From Ascoidea asiatica JCM 7603 (lineage: Eukaryota > Fungi > Ascomycota): a stretch of 64,000 nt of DNA. The stretch is from positions 433,423 through 497,422 of the forward strand of contig BCKQ01000003.1 of assembly GCA_001600695.1 (NCBI GenBank), read 5' to 3'. The notes under the pieces were generated by a model. The model was not told where the DNA came from, made no database searches, and saw nothing but the letters and a program-made list of their open reading frames with translations. A program made the translations under genes and the position numbers. This document shows, one piece after another, positions 47,161 to 60,696 of this stretch (its first letter is position 1; each line of letters begins with the position of its first letter).

Positions 47161-50100
47161 ATATTACTTGATTTGTCTAACGTTAATGGAAAAACTGTCG
47201 AACGAGTTTATTTAATGACATCCGACAAGGTATACGGGCATATTATTTATATTCCCTCTTTAAACAAGTATGTTGATACCAGACATATTTATGCAAGTAA
47301 TGAAAACTTTGATAGTGGTTGAAACTATGATAGGGTAATAATTTATGATATCATTTCCCAAAGGTTGTTAGCTCTGAATATGAAGAGAAACCACAAAAAG
47401 TAAATTATAATATATTTACTGGAGTAGAAGAAAATACGCCAACTGATGTAGAACATCATAAGACTTTACAACAAGGTCCATCAACTGTTATTCGTAAATT
47501 TCTTCAACAAGTAATGCAAAATTGAAGGTTGTTCCTGCCGAAATTGCAGCAAGTAATGTCGAAGAAGTTCAAAAACCTGTACATGAGATTATTATTAGAA
47601 GATGAGGAGGGAGCAGAACAAGAAAAACCTCAGGAAACAGATACTAACATGCAAGTAAAGGGTAGCATGAATCTCAAAAGCTTGTTAAATGATGTGGGAG
47701 TTGTAGTTATTTATTACGTTAAGGACCCAGGAGAATACTTATTGGAAACAAGTCCAATAATTATGAACTGTTTGGTGGTAAATGGTGTGAAGTCTAGCTT
47801 AGACAAAATACCAGAGAATATTGGAGAAACTATGACTTTAGGATTTGAGGAAGCTATTCAAAAAGTGTTGGCTATTATTAAAACAAATGGATCATTTGTT
47901 ATATTAAACAGTAACGATGTTCCTACCAGCATTAAGAAAAAAGCTATACCACTGTTATGGGGTTTTAATTTTAAAAAATCGGCTGTTGGTTGTACAACTA
48001 AAAAGGTTAAATTAGTTATTTCTGGTGATAAAGAAACAGATAAAAAATAGAAAACCTAGACCTACAAATCAAAAAATTGTGGTTTTAAATACAAAAGAAT
48101 CTGGTTAAGATGCAGCGAACCAAGATATTTAGATACAAATATGAAACATAATCAAATAAAATTATTATATAAGAAAAAATACAGAAATAGTATTAATTTA
48201 AATACTATTATTAATAAATTTACCTGCTCTTTGACAACTAAGGGTTCCACTTTAATTTCAAAGGCCGATCATAAAAATAATTTGCTAATTATTAATAATC
48301 ATAATTCAAAAGAAATATATGAAGAGTCAATATAGCACGATTCCATATGTCAAGATTCAATATGTATTCAAAATTATAGAATTGATAAAACAACTAAAGA
48401 TTCACTACAATTTGTTTCAAAAGTTGACAAAACTTAAATTTTAATTTCAAAAACTTCCTTAATAACTATTAATATAAAACATTTCAGCCATTCAAAACAA
48501 GAAATTTATAATATTAATTTAAATAATCAAATTTGTCAAGAGAAACGTGGTAAAATAATTGAACTATGATTAGATTATTTTCTTACTACGATAGTGGTAA
48601 ATAAAGTATCATTGAAAATTCCAACGTATTTATTCAAACATTAGTTAATGGTACAAAAAAGGTCTTAGATTATATATATTTTAATTTTGAATGTCTATTA
48701 GACAGTTAACAAATGTTCCTATAATTATGAATTCCGAAGGGATTTGGATGGTATGCTGTTACTCTTAACTTATTATCAAGATGATTTAGAAAAAAAAAAA
48801 GGATAATGAAAAGAATAAATAGAAAATGGGTTGAAATATATTATATATAACAACTGTAATTCAAATCTGATAAATATCAATTTCAAATTCAATAACAAAA
48901 GAATGTGAAATAATGAAAAATGATTTATAAAATAGAATATATATCAAACTAAAAATTAAACATTAAATGCATAAAATTCTGAATTACTGGTAACTAGTCT
49001 TGCAGAAAACACATTAATCTGCTAATTTTATAAAAATCAATTATTAAAATCCTACTACGCTCTAATCAAAACCTGCCCTTCACTCCAAAAAAATCCATTA
49101 AACCATTATTTAAATCATAGTGAGTTGCTTCTATAATTGAAAAAAATTGTTAAGTATATTTCTTTGATTAAGTTTATTTAAACTTTGTTTTGGACACAAT
49201 ATGCATTCATAAAAGGTGAGGTATGACATCCGGTAATAATGGTGAGTCCATCTGAGTATCATTCAAAAATCCATGAAACTTCAAGCAAAAAGCATACTTC
49301 GTTCAACAGCTAGCCCTTAATGCTCCGAACCTTACGATCCAGTTTCACCATGTGCGCCATTTTAGTACGTGTAAGCGATAATTTCCGTTATCGCTTATTG
49401 CAAACGACTGTTGGTGCTCCCACGATAACATATCCATTTGGTTACAGCATCAGCAACTTTACATACTTTGTCAAGGCATTAACAAGAAACGAATGCGATA
49501 TATAGGTGGGGAAAGAAGAGACCTCGAAAAATGACAAAGTCGCATTTTTTTGAACTTCCAAGCTGGATCCACAGAAGCTAGACTTGAAAGTTGTGCTAGT
49601 AAGGGTTGAAAATTGTAAGAAGATTAACCGTTATCTCGAGGTAAATGTCTACCAGATAACTTTAAAACAGTATTATAGGAGGTTAGATTTAGTAAAGTTA
49701 TAAAAACACAATCATACTATCATACTCAAATTTCTTCATTAAATTTGGAATACTTGATTTTAACTGTCGACTATGAGCGTAGTTCAAAAAATGTGCAAAC
49801 AATAAATTAGATGACAACAGTTTTCAAGAGGTTGGTTAGACTCGATACACATTATTACATTCGCGATCTTCATAATGTTCGGCAATACTGCCCATGCTTC
49901 GCTCAAAAAAACAGATAGGCCTGCATTCCTAAGTCGCTAAAAATATGTTGAAATTGATAGAAATTCAAAACATTAGTAGTTTAAAATAGCTACAAAAAAA
50001 TATGTCTGGAAGGAAGATAATGAGCCTCAAAAAGGCGCATTTACCACTAGTAAATGTGGTAGGATAAACCTATCTGCCACTTACTTCTTTATGTCGGCCT

Positions 50101-53100
50101 CAACATGCATAATCAGCACCCCATTTTGTTTTAAAGCACAGAAAAAAACGTTTGAATATTGCACCATTGTTTTGATCTATTAATTACTCTGTGATTTTAT
50201 TCATGTCCAGGGTTCTTTTTTCTGACATTAATTCTTACGTGAAATTTAATTAAATTTGTAAGTAATTGTTCCATCAAGTCTGATCTTAGAATAACGGCGA
50301 CAACATTAGTTTTGAGCTAGGTGTGCGCATTTACTGCAGCCTGGGTGGATAATGTTTAAAGAACGGATTTACTGGAAATTCTATAAGCCACTAACCAATA
50401 TTTGATAGAGTTCTTAACTGAGTACTAACATAATTTTACGTCCCGTTTGCTAATAGAACTGGCTACTGATATAGATTCCATAACCAATTCGAGTTGATTT
50501 TCCGTTATGTTAGCATACATTAAGTTAATAAGGAGTTGAACTAGAAATCTCACCGAAAAGCTTCAAGTTTTGTGTTCCAAAACGCTTGCAGGTGCCCGAC
50601 ACAAAGGTAAAGCTTTATGTGGAGTCAAAATGAGCTTCTCGGGTTTGTTTCCCTATACCGGCATCAGTAATGACATATATCTAACAAGAGATTAGACTAC
50701 TATCCCTTTCTTACTGGCATAAACAGGTTTGCATCTCAATAGCATTTTCACATGCTAAAAAAAATCAGCATCTGGTGTGAAAATATTACGCTTATCTTGA
50801 AATGAAATTGTTAATAAAATATAATTGAACCAATTAGTGCAAGTTGGTGACGTTCATTATAACCGACACAGCGCCAACAAAAATCAAGCAAAAAAACGAC
50901 AAAAAAAAAACCGGGTAATTCTGACACGTGACAATTGTTTTCCGAATTCTGTAAAACCAGCAGGCTGAATCCGTATGATAGGAACAGGTTTCGCGAACGA
51001 ATGGGCTGCATTGCTTTTTTATTAAAAATCTAAATATTGGTGGTGGATACACCAGGAAAGAACCTCGTCTACTGCTGGGGCAGATATTAATGTCCTAATT
51101 AATAAGGTAACGTTATTTTAATTTCTGGTTGTTAGTATCCTTTTGACACTTCAACTATTAGGATTTCCTCAAGCAATTTGTAGCAATTTTTCCTAAGATT
51201 GGCTTCCAAATCCTGTCTGTGTAACGGATTCCCGAAACTTTAACTCAAGATCTCATCTCTTCAATCGAGATACCTGCACGACAATCGGGACCAAATTTCA
51301 CAGAAGTATTCCTTTTATGGCCAGCTGGGGTTTCCGGTAATCCAGAGCAATCATAATATTTGATAATTATTGGTCAACTCTTTTTTATTAACACGATCAC
51401 TCGTAGCTGTATGCTATGTACATGCAAAGGCAGTTACGTTTTCTTCGCTGGAATCCCAATAAAATAGGAAAGCGCCTCCAAGCTGTATACCCTTTGCCTT
51501 GATGGAAGCCCCACTACGTGCGATCGAATTCCCGAATGGAATCAATGTGTTATTTGACTGGACTATATATTGTTGCAGTAGTTTTTTACCACAATTAAAA
51601 AGCAAAAATTTAAAGTAAAATAATTTTAAGTAATATGGTTATGACCGTCAACCTAAAGTTCCCACTCTGTTTGCAACGGAACCGGGTCTTAACACTTTTG
51701 CTCCCCAATAATATATACACCAAAGCGCATTTCTTTCTTTAATGAATTTATTTTTTTTTGAGCATATGTCGTTATGTGGAACATTTCACCCGTTGTATGT
51801 TATTCATTCTTGAAAAAAGTACTTACCATTTTACTGATTCGCTGGTTCGACAATTGATTTAAGTTAAAGAAAGGTGGCATTTGATTATTTTTATTGAAAA
51901 GTTATTCGGTTGTGTATTTTTAGTTTTGAATACTGGACACCATTTTGAGTGTATGAGTGCGGAAAGCTATTAAATTTTGAGGTTCAGTTTGGAAAGGAAC
52001 CCCTAATTGTCAACACATGGTTTGCTTTTGTATACTATAGGAGTATAAATTCCTACAGCTGGCTTGCCAACTCTAAACGATTGTTGAAGTGTGTCGCTTT
52101 CTGCCCTTAATGGGAAACGGTTATTATTAACTTGAGGGAAACCCAAGAGTTGAACAGGTTTCGGTACGTAACGCGAAGATCTTGTAACCGGAAACTAGAA
52201 CGGCTGCGGGAAACTTTTTCTCCCTTTATGCCCATAAGCTAGAACCCAGCAAAAATTAGCTAATCGAACTGAGTTCCACGTGGGGTAAATATATTATTAC
52301 AGTGAGATAATAATTGGTCAGGTTTCCACCGTTTTCGGGAACTCCTTAGTTTTTTGGCAGTATATTTTCTGTGAACAATTTTCCCCATAATTATGCCCGC
52401 ATAGTAAGCCGCTAACACATTTCAGAAATTGCGCATATCAATATTAGAAAATCCGTATAGCAATTTTCGAAATCTTCCATACCAAATCCGCAAAGTTCGT
52501 CCTCAAATATAACAAAATTTTGGAATAAAAACTCTGGAATTTCAGATACAACTATTTTGGAAGGTTCAGTCGATATTTACCAAACTTGCAGTAAAACTTT
52601 TGAGGTTTGGAATAAAAGTGATTGGTGAATTTTGAAATTTTTCCTGACGTTGCTGGATGAACCTCAGAACGAAACCAGGTAGAAGAGCAACAAAAGGTAA
52701 ACAAAAAACCACAACAGGAGGCACAGAAGCTACGGAAATGGGTACATATGTGACCTATGCATTAATACGGGAGGCTAACATTTTACACAGGTGGCGATGT
52801 GTACCATTCCTTTCAACCTTCCAGCTCCCGTAATAAATCAGTCAGCGTTTTCTATCTGGAAACCGCTTTTCTCTACTTGTGCAATTGTTTAGCCGGCATA
52901 TTTTTCTCTGTAATTATATAATATATTTGAAATCTTGGCACGTTGCATGTCGCTTGTGTATGCAGATTTCAAATCGCCTGATCAATCATGTGGAGTGATA
53001 CCGTCTATCAGCCAACGCCCCTAAATGTGTGAGAATGCTATCTAAAGTTATTATTACAGCTTCTTAAATAGGCTTACCAATTGTGGACAGCAAACCTGGC

Positions 53101-55599
53101 TTCTGGCTTCTGGCTTTTTGCAAAAAATGTAGGAAATAAAACTGTTGAAGAAATTTACGAAAAAAAATTATAATTCTACAAATTATTTTTTATTTTTATT
53201 TGCTATATGTTAACATTTATAAATATAAATTAATTAAATATACTGCTCTACAGCATACGTTGTTAAACTTAGCTTTAACGGGAGAAAAATAAAACATTTA
53301 TATATATTTTTTAATCTACCAGCAACAATAACCACAACTATCCAAGATACCCTTTGATTATCACAAAGCACTCTGAAAAAAGCATATAACAACAACAAAA
53401 ATAGCCTAACCATTAAGGCCAGTTGTGTCACAGAAACTGTTTGAAATTAACGTTTATTCTCGACATATTTCATTTATTAAAATATATTTATATATAAATA
53501 AAAAGTGAGTTTAAATAAACCTGGAGAAATGACGTTTATCTACGTAGACATTCTGGATTTGTCTTTCGAAAAAATTTTCCGCTTACATAAGCCACGGGTA
53601 ACATAATTTTAGTTTTCTATGAGAAACTGTTAGAGTCACCCTTGAAATTAATTCCCAAATCAATTCCAATAGAAAAATTATTTTGAGGCAGAATGTTGTT
53701 CTATTAAATTTGATAGTTCTTTCAGATCTTTTTCAAAATCAAAGCCTAACTGGTATTCTTTATAAATAGTGCACAATATATTTGTGATGTTATTTTCCAA
53801 CTCACTCATAAGCACCAATCTTTCACCAGCGTTTTGAACAAGCAGCAACTCATTTCTTGCAACAAACGTGATTAGGTTCTATACACAACATGCTGGTAAA
53901 TAATTATATTATATTTTAATTATTAATAAAAGAAACTTACGGAGTATGTTGGTGCAACCTAATTCATTGGCTTTAAAAGACCAAAAATTTTATAAAGTAT
54001 TTGAAATAAAAAAAACAAACCACATTTGCAATTTATGGAAAACCAGCAAATTGACCTGCGATTTTCTGTATGACAAAAACAAAACTTTGTTTGATTGTCG
54101 CGGATAGTTATATCGATTTACAGTCCTTTGGAAAGGTTTAACAAAGAAATATTTATTTGTTGATCAAAGTAAACGCCCATTTTGGCTTCAAGTAAACATG
54201 CAGAACAACGTTTGCTAAAGGTGCTCGCTAACTTCTTTCGACAAGAGGAAAAAGAAACTTTTTGGTTTCTAAGCCAGAGGAAATGGTAAAAAAACCATAT
54301 CCAAAGTTTTTTTTTTTTGGATTGTCCTATGCATAAGCTACTGCTAGAAAAGTAATTTGTTATCCAAAGTATTGTTGGGTTTATTACATAGAATAAGTTC
54401 AATATCATGAAGCCTGTCAAAAGTTGTAGTCCACGAGTTTTTTTGCTTACATGGCTGCAGAGGAATCTTTCTCATCAGCCTGCGATACTCATGCTTAAAG
54501 TAATAGGTAATCAATTGGAGAAAAGCTGAGAAACAAAACTGGTTTTTAAGACCTGCGAGTCACAATCAAAAATCTTTAAATCAATTCAAATTAAAACAAT
54601 GTCTCCAAAGCCAATTGTGCTGATGCAGCATTGGCTGAAAATCCGGATAATGATATTGTGTTTTTTTTTAAGTATTATAGAACCTTTTTACGATCTAGTA
54701 AATTTTGAATCAAATAACACTGAAAGCTTTGATGCTGATCAAACACTTTCTCCATTTAAATTATCGATTAATAGCACTCGTGAAGTAAAAGAATCACACA
54801 TTTACAACAGTTCATTGGAATTAAATACGGTTACTTCAAATTGACATGCAGCAACTCTACCTCAATTTTATATGCCTTACTCTGCGTCAAATAACTGTTC
54901 ATTTTTAATTATATCAAATGTCTTAGTAAATATGGGTAATGCAGATATATACGGTGGTTATGAACAAGACGCTATTGACGGGTTATCAATAGAAGAAATA
55001 ATCCCTTTTACTGGAAACTTGTAAAAAGGCGATTTAGTAAATGTTGAAGCATATTTTGTCAAACATGTCATCTATATATATCCAACACAAATCCAATAGC
55101 TCCGTTTTTCTATAAAGTTTGCTCATGGTATATCAAACATATGTGATTCAACAACTCTAATAGAAATGGCTTTGATATTCTCGATCTCGAGCTTTTTAAA
55201 ACACAAAAAAAATTAAATTATACAGTTATTCCTTCTTGAAATAAAAAAATATGTTAGCCCGATCTACTCAAACGAACGTTTAAAAAGTGTTAAACATTAA
55301 GAATTTGTGTTTGTTAAATGATGATGGAGTAATAGATGATGATAATATACTAAGACATTATGATAATCGAGTAATAGATGACGATAACGCAACAAAAGAT
55401 AACTATAATTGTCATTTGATAAGTACCTTTTGGGAAAATGTACCCCATAATAGCGGTGGCCAAGTGTATGTTCAACCTGGGTATGAAATTTCGGTATCCC
55501 CAACTGACTCAGACGGTTCAATGAATGCTGATTCATATAGTATAGTTATCCAGGTTCGCGGTTCGGACTTATGGATATTCTTCGGAAGGAGATCCAGAT

Positions 55600-57240
55600 A
55601 TTTTAGATTTTGAGTCCGATATGGAAACCATTGCTGATATACATGACATATTTGATGATGCTGATCATCCAAGAAAATCAATTTTAGAGCTATTGAAGTT
55701 ACCAAAATTCAAATGCAGTTACTCTTTTATTTTGTAAAGAATGGCCATTCATTGAAGAGTTATGAGCTCGCTGCAACTTTCATTCCTGAAAAGATGCTTG
55801 TGAGTAACACGATTACTGAGATGGTCAATTCGGCTTTAAGATTAAAAGACGTTAAAGAATTAATTGTTAATTCGTATTATTCGTTTCCGGACACTCAAGC
55901 TCAATATTATGACTTAAAAGTAAACTCTATAAAAACTCTTCTACAATATTTTCATCGAAAAAATTATGTACAGCTATTATTCCAATGTGAGGTTTCCAAA
56001 AGGTGATTGATAGACGAGAACCTAACTTTAGACATAAAAATTAATCAATTGAGCAAAGAAAGATTATTCTATCGCCTGAATGTCAATATACTTCACAGCG
56101 CATTTTTAAATTGTTCAAGACATTCTACGATTTAAGATGTTCCCTGGATATTTTGTAAAACAAAAAAAACTGGTCTCTTTCTTTATTTTTATATTTAGAT
56201 TTATTGTGTCAATGTGAGAATTATGGTGCATTTATCGTTAAATACCATAATGATAACTCCTTACTTCAAGGATAATGTTAAAATTATTGGGTATTTCTGT
56301 TTTTCCGGATGCCTCTTTGGAAATTCAGAATTCCATGAGCTAACGGATATGTTATTGGACTTAGTCAGCAAGGCTGTTAGAGGTTTTGAAGCAGTTTCCT
56401 CTAATAATCACACTTCCAAGATTATTCAAATACCCACCTATATAGTAGGAGATATACCTTCACAGGGCAGGCTGCTTAGTGGGCCTACAGCACGTACCTT
56501 TTATCCATGAGGTTTCAGTAAAGTAAAGCGAATATGGTTACATGGCGATAAATTAACATACACATTTCCACGCAAAGAAATAAAAAATACAAAGGAAAAT
56601 TTTGGATATTGTTCTATAAAACAAAAATTAATTCAAATTTCCTTTATATCTCCTCTTATAATATAGCATGTGCAGTTCAGTCTGAAAACTTTTTTCCTGA
56701 TTATTTAAAGTTACTTTTCAACAAAGGAAGAAAGTAAGATATCCTAGAAATGCAGATTTGAATCGGTGTTGCAACAATCTCTCAGCTAATTATCAGAAAA
56801 TGTTTAAAATAATACAAGTTACAGATTAATTAATGAAGCTATCAATTAGAACTATCAGCCAGCCGTGGAAAAAAAAATGCGGCTTTTTCGTTTTGTTTTG
56901 CTTTATTATCGCCAAGAAAACAGACATTATAGAGTTGCCCGATCCTGAGCTTCAAGGGCTATCTTTTCAATACAGTTGCTAACTATTATTTTGGCAATTT
57001 TCAGTAATTTATTGGTTCCAGCGTCTCTAATGGATCTTGTTAAACTTATCAAAAACTACTATACAGAACTAATTAAATTCGGGAATTTCAAATCATAGAA
57101 TACTTCTGCAAACCCTGATACCCTTGTTTTCCCTATCCAACAAGATATCGAGTATAATCGTGTTTCTGTGAGGAACTACAGATGCCAAGTGGAGATATTT
57201 AAGGGGTTGCATAAACCGATTCTGGGTACCGAGTAAATAA
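55600..57240 (+). pseudogene. CACTA/EnSpm (CMC)-like transposase relic
   Basis: LLDLVSKAVRGFEAVSS...IQIPTYIVGDIPSQGRLLSGPTARTFYP*GFSKVKRIWLHGDKLTYTFP resembles the Transposase_21 core; TGA and AGT are each one change from Cys (PCxFC). Downstream QQDIEYNRVSVRNYRCQVEIFKG resembles the 'DI..GP....w.f..Er..G' motif. Confidence 0.65.
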
Positions 57241-57899
57241 CCATCCAAAATAGGGAGTATGCTGTATTTATTGTTTATATCTTATATCAAAACTTATACC
57301 TTTTAAGCCACTTCTGTCTATTTGTTTTGGGAAACTTTCTTATTCTAGTATACACGATGCTTTAAGGAAAATTTGGAAGAAAAACGTTTATGCGGTAGCC
57401 GACTGCATATTCACGAAAATTATATTTTTCAGAGATGCATATCGCAACTCTGTTGGCAAGAAAATATAGATTTCGTTAAACAAAAATACTTATGTAGTCC
57501 CTGTTTATATATGAAAAACAAGGCGATATGGATTTATTTACCGTTTCTCAGAAGTTGATCTGATTCAATACGCTGTTCCACCGGACGTGAGAATTAGAAA
57601 AAGTATTTTTAAGAGCAGTTTCAATTTAGTACCAATATTTAAGAAAAGGTTAAGTCCCAGAAATGAAGTAATTAATTAGATGATGTTGCTCAACTTTTTT
57701 CTACTTGAACTTATGATTTTAATAGATAATCAAGCTCATTTACTCCAAATGTAAAACATTTATCAATCATATTAATAGGATAATCAACAAGATACTAAAA
57801 TGTAATAATAACTTTAATTTAGGATAATATATTTGCAAACTAAAGTTATGAAGACACAATAAATGGATGTACTTTCCTTTTGTTCTAATACAGATTACA

Positions 57900-60315
57900 A
57901 GAAAACCAAAACCAGTTAAATAATTTGACTTTATAGTCACAATTGCTCTAACATGGATTACAAACGAAATTTATTCATCGAAACCAACTGACATTAGGTA
58001 GAACACAACTATCAACTTGCTGTAAATTACTCAGGTATGAAGATTTATCTATAGAAGAGACAGCATATCGCTTATTTGACGCCATTCATGCAAAGGAATC
58101 TGATAATCCAAGTATTACCTTCATTACAACAGGCACGGACCTTGTTTCTACTATGTTAGGCAGGAGATATAAGGAAAATAAAGATAATAAAGCAAATAAA
58201 AAAAATACATAAAATAAAATAGACAACAAGCCAATACAGAGGAAGAAAATAAAGATCATAAAACAGATGATGAAATTTAAGAAATTAAAGAAATTAAAAC
58301 ATACAAATATTATAAAGCTGAGAAAACAGATGGAGAATTTGCTAATGGCGATAATCTATATTGTGAATTTTTTGATAACCGAAAAGATACACATAACACC
58401 CATGATACTGAAGATAGTGATGAAGAAGGTGAAGAGGACGAAGAAGGTACAGATGAGGAAGGTGAAGACAACAGAGGTAATACTGCTCTAGCCTATAATC
58501 CGAAATGTGAGTCAAGTAGAGGAGACTTTCTAGCAGAAAATGATGAATGGTTTAGCAAAAACTATAAAGGAAACCGTAATTCAATCGAAGCAAAATAGCA
58601 TGGATATAAATGTTATACGAAGGCTGAATTTTTTCAAATCTGGAACTATTACTTCAAAATATTCAAATTTCCAGATAATTGAAGGTTTTATTTTGGAAGT
58701 TGGTGGGACAGGAAAGGAAATTTTTTTTACCCATTGGCAAATCTCCCTAATTATTACAAATTTTTCTGAAATTATCTAACTCTCTACTCGAAAGACATGT
58801 TAGATAAACCGTAAAATTTGAAGGAAATGACCTAGACAGGACAAAAACATCGGTAAATAAATTTTAAACAAACAACAAAAATCTGAAAGCATAGGTGATG
58901 AAAATCAAGCTGAATGGAAGCGTCTTTCAAGGGATTAAGAAATTAGAAACAAAATGTGACCAAATGTGGAGAAGAAAAAAGGAAATCATGGGAATAAAAA
59001 TCAAAGAATAATTAAAAACAAAGTCTCATATATTTAAAATCAGAAGAAACATTAAAGTTAATTAACGATATTAAGGATTAAATATGATTTGTTAATAAAG
59101 ATGAATCTAAAAATATTAAAAAAACCGTATTCAGTCCTAATTAATGGGATTCGGATCGTAACATAATGTATTGCAAAAATTTTAATAACTTTGGTTATAA
59201 AAACCAGAGGGATTATTACATAGGTAAACCGTTCGACCAACACAACCACAATGATCTAGAAATAACATTAAATACCTCTCAAAAAGAAGAACCGCTGTAA
59301 TCTGAGTATGAATATAAAGCGGATATTACTGCCAATAGTCAATATTATATCAAGCAAAATCAAGAATATAATTATGACAATAAAGATGAAAGATGTTCCA
59401 ATGGTGAGAATCAAAATCCGGATTATAGAAATGAAAAATCAAAAAAAAAAGGTAATTGTAATCAAATTACCACCCAGACTGATTTTAACGAATCCAAGGA
59501 TCCTTCAAAATAAAAAGAACCCGAATTTCTTACAAATTCTGAATCCAAAAATAACCAAAATTTAAATCACGATAAAAATATTACAAATACCCAAGAGCTA
59601 TCAAATTCTTCTGCAGAATCCCTTAAAAAAAAGATGTTTTTTTACTAAAAAACTTGTGCTAATAAATTGGAGGCACTGAAAGCCAATCCAGTTGTTGAAG
59701 AACTAGTAGAATTATCAGAATCCTTAAAACTCATGATTTTGGAGAAACTAATAGCGCTTTCTTTTTGTGTCAGGTCCTGACTTGGATATCCGGAAAAACA
59801 TGGATTCAAAATCAAATTTGGAAAACTATATACAATCTAGTAACAAAAACAAAGAGGATAATTATTTCATCAATCCTAATAGATTTCACGAGTATATTTA
59901 GAATCAGTATTTTAGTTTATTGTATTGAATTTTTAAAGGATTCAAAGAAAATTTTCTTATAGATTGGAATAACGCTGGTAGATCATTGGGAGACATAATT
60001 CTTTTGTTCTTCTCGATCGGTGGAACACCTGATTATACTAAATGGCTTAGTTTATCTACCCTAGATGTATTAATTTTTGTGGCATAAAAAATGGGTAAAC
60101 TATTAATATACAATGGAAATGAGTTATTACTTAATACGATTTCTTTTAAGTTAAGTCTTACAAGTTAGGAATGGAAGTCTTAGATGTTGGAAATGAGAAT
60201 CTACTTGACTATCGTTTTTCAAAAAGTTCTCCTTGGGAAAAATATACAAACCTTGCTAAAATATTGATAACAATGGCGGTTCAAATGGTAGGGCATTGGA
60301 AAAAGTCAATGCTTT
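57900..60315 (+). pseudogene. Degenerate second ORF with acidic linker and C-terminal OTU-like protease relic
   Basis: Asp/Glu-rich tract at 58300-58490; DFGETNSAF (59735-59761), KWLSLSTLDVLIFVA (60040 on) and ILITMAVQMVGHWKKS (His at 60294-60296) in OTU order and spacing, across frameshifts. Confidence 0.35.
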
Positions 60316-60696
60316 AGTTAACGATATTCACAACAAAAATACAGAATAAGTGGATGCAAATTGAATGTTGAATAACATTGAATTTATTCCAAATGAATTC
60401 ATTAATAACATGGATTATAACCCAATTAAACAAAACTGCCCAATAAGCAACAACGAGTATATTATTTTTATCACAGAAAATAAAAGGAAAATAAACTCAA
60501 AATTTAATCAAAGATGAAAATGGGTCGATAAATTATTACAAATACGGTAAAAATAAATACCACTCCCACCATCAGACGGTATTTATAAGTTCGTAAAAGA
60601 AATTCATATGCAACTGGAAGATGAAGTTTCATTCCCAACTATAAAAATTTTTTTGCTTTAAAATATTATAAAATAACTGCTAGCTTGCTCAATAAC

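Larger units (their letters stand above)
46100..48050 (+). pseudogene. Ty1/copia pol relic (integrase, SH3-like region, start of RT), split by a solo LTR
   Basis: HASLPAHWFLFCLE resembles Ty1 SGLPNHLWFSAIE; KVYGHIIYIPSLNKYVDT resembles Ty1 SYGYIIYLPSLKKTVDT; AIPLLWGFNFKK...KVKLVISGDKE matches the copia RT N-terminal motif. IN-before-RT order is copia-type. Confidence 0.85.

Noticed and set aside
49081-49094. CACTCCAAAAAAAT as a CACTA left terminus
   Set aside because: No matching inverted terminus found in the window.
50290-50345. NGDN motif suggesting a viral RdRp
   Set aside because: In-frame stops immediately upstream and no other RdRp motifs.
60185-60335. 151-bp mini-LTR (TGTTGGAAAT...TTCACAACA)
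   Set aside because: No TSD, the interior largely does not align to the LTRs, and the stretch reads better as part of the OTU-like coding relic.
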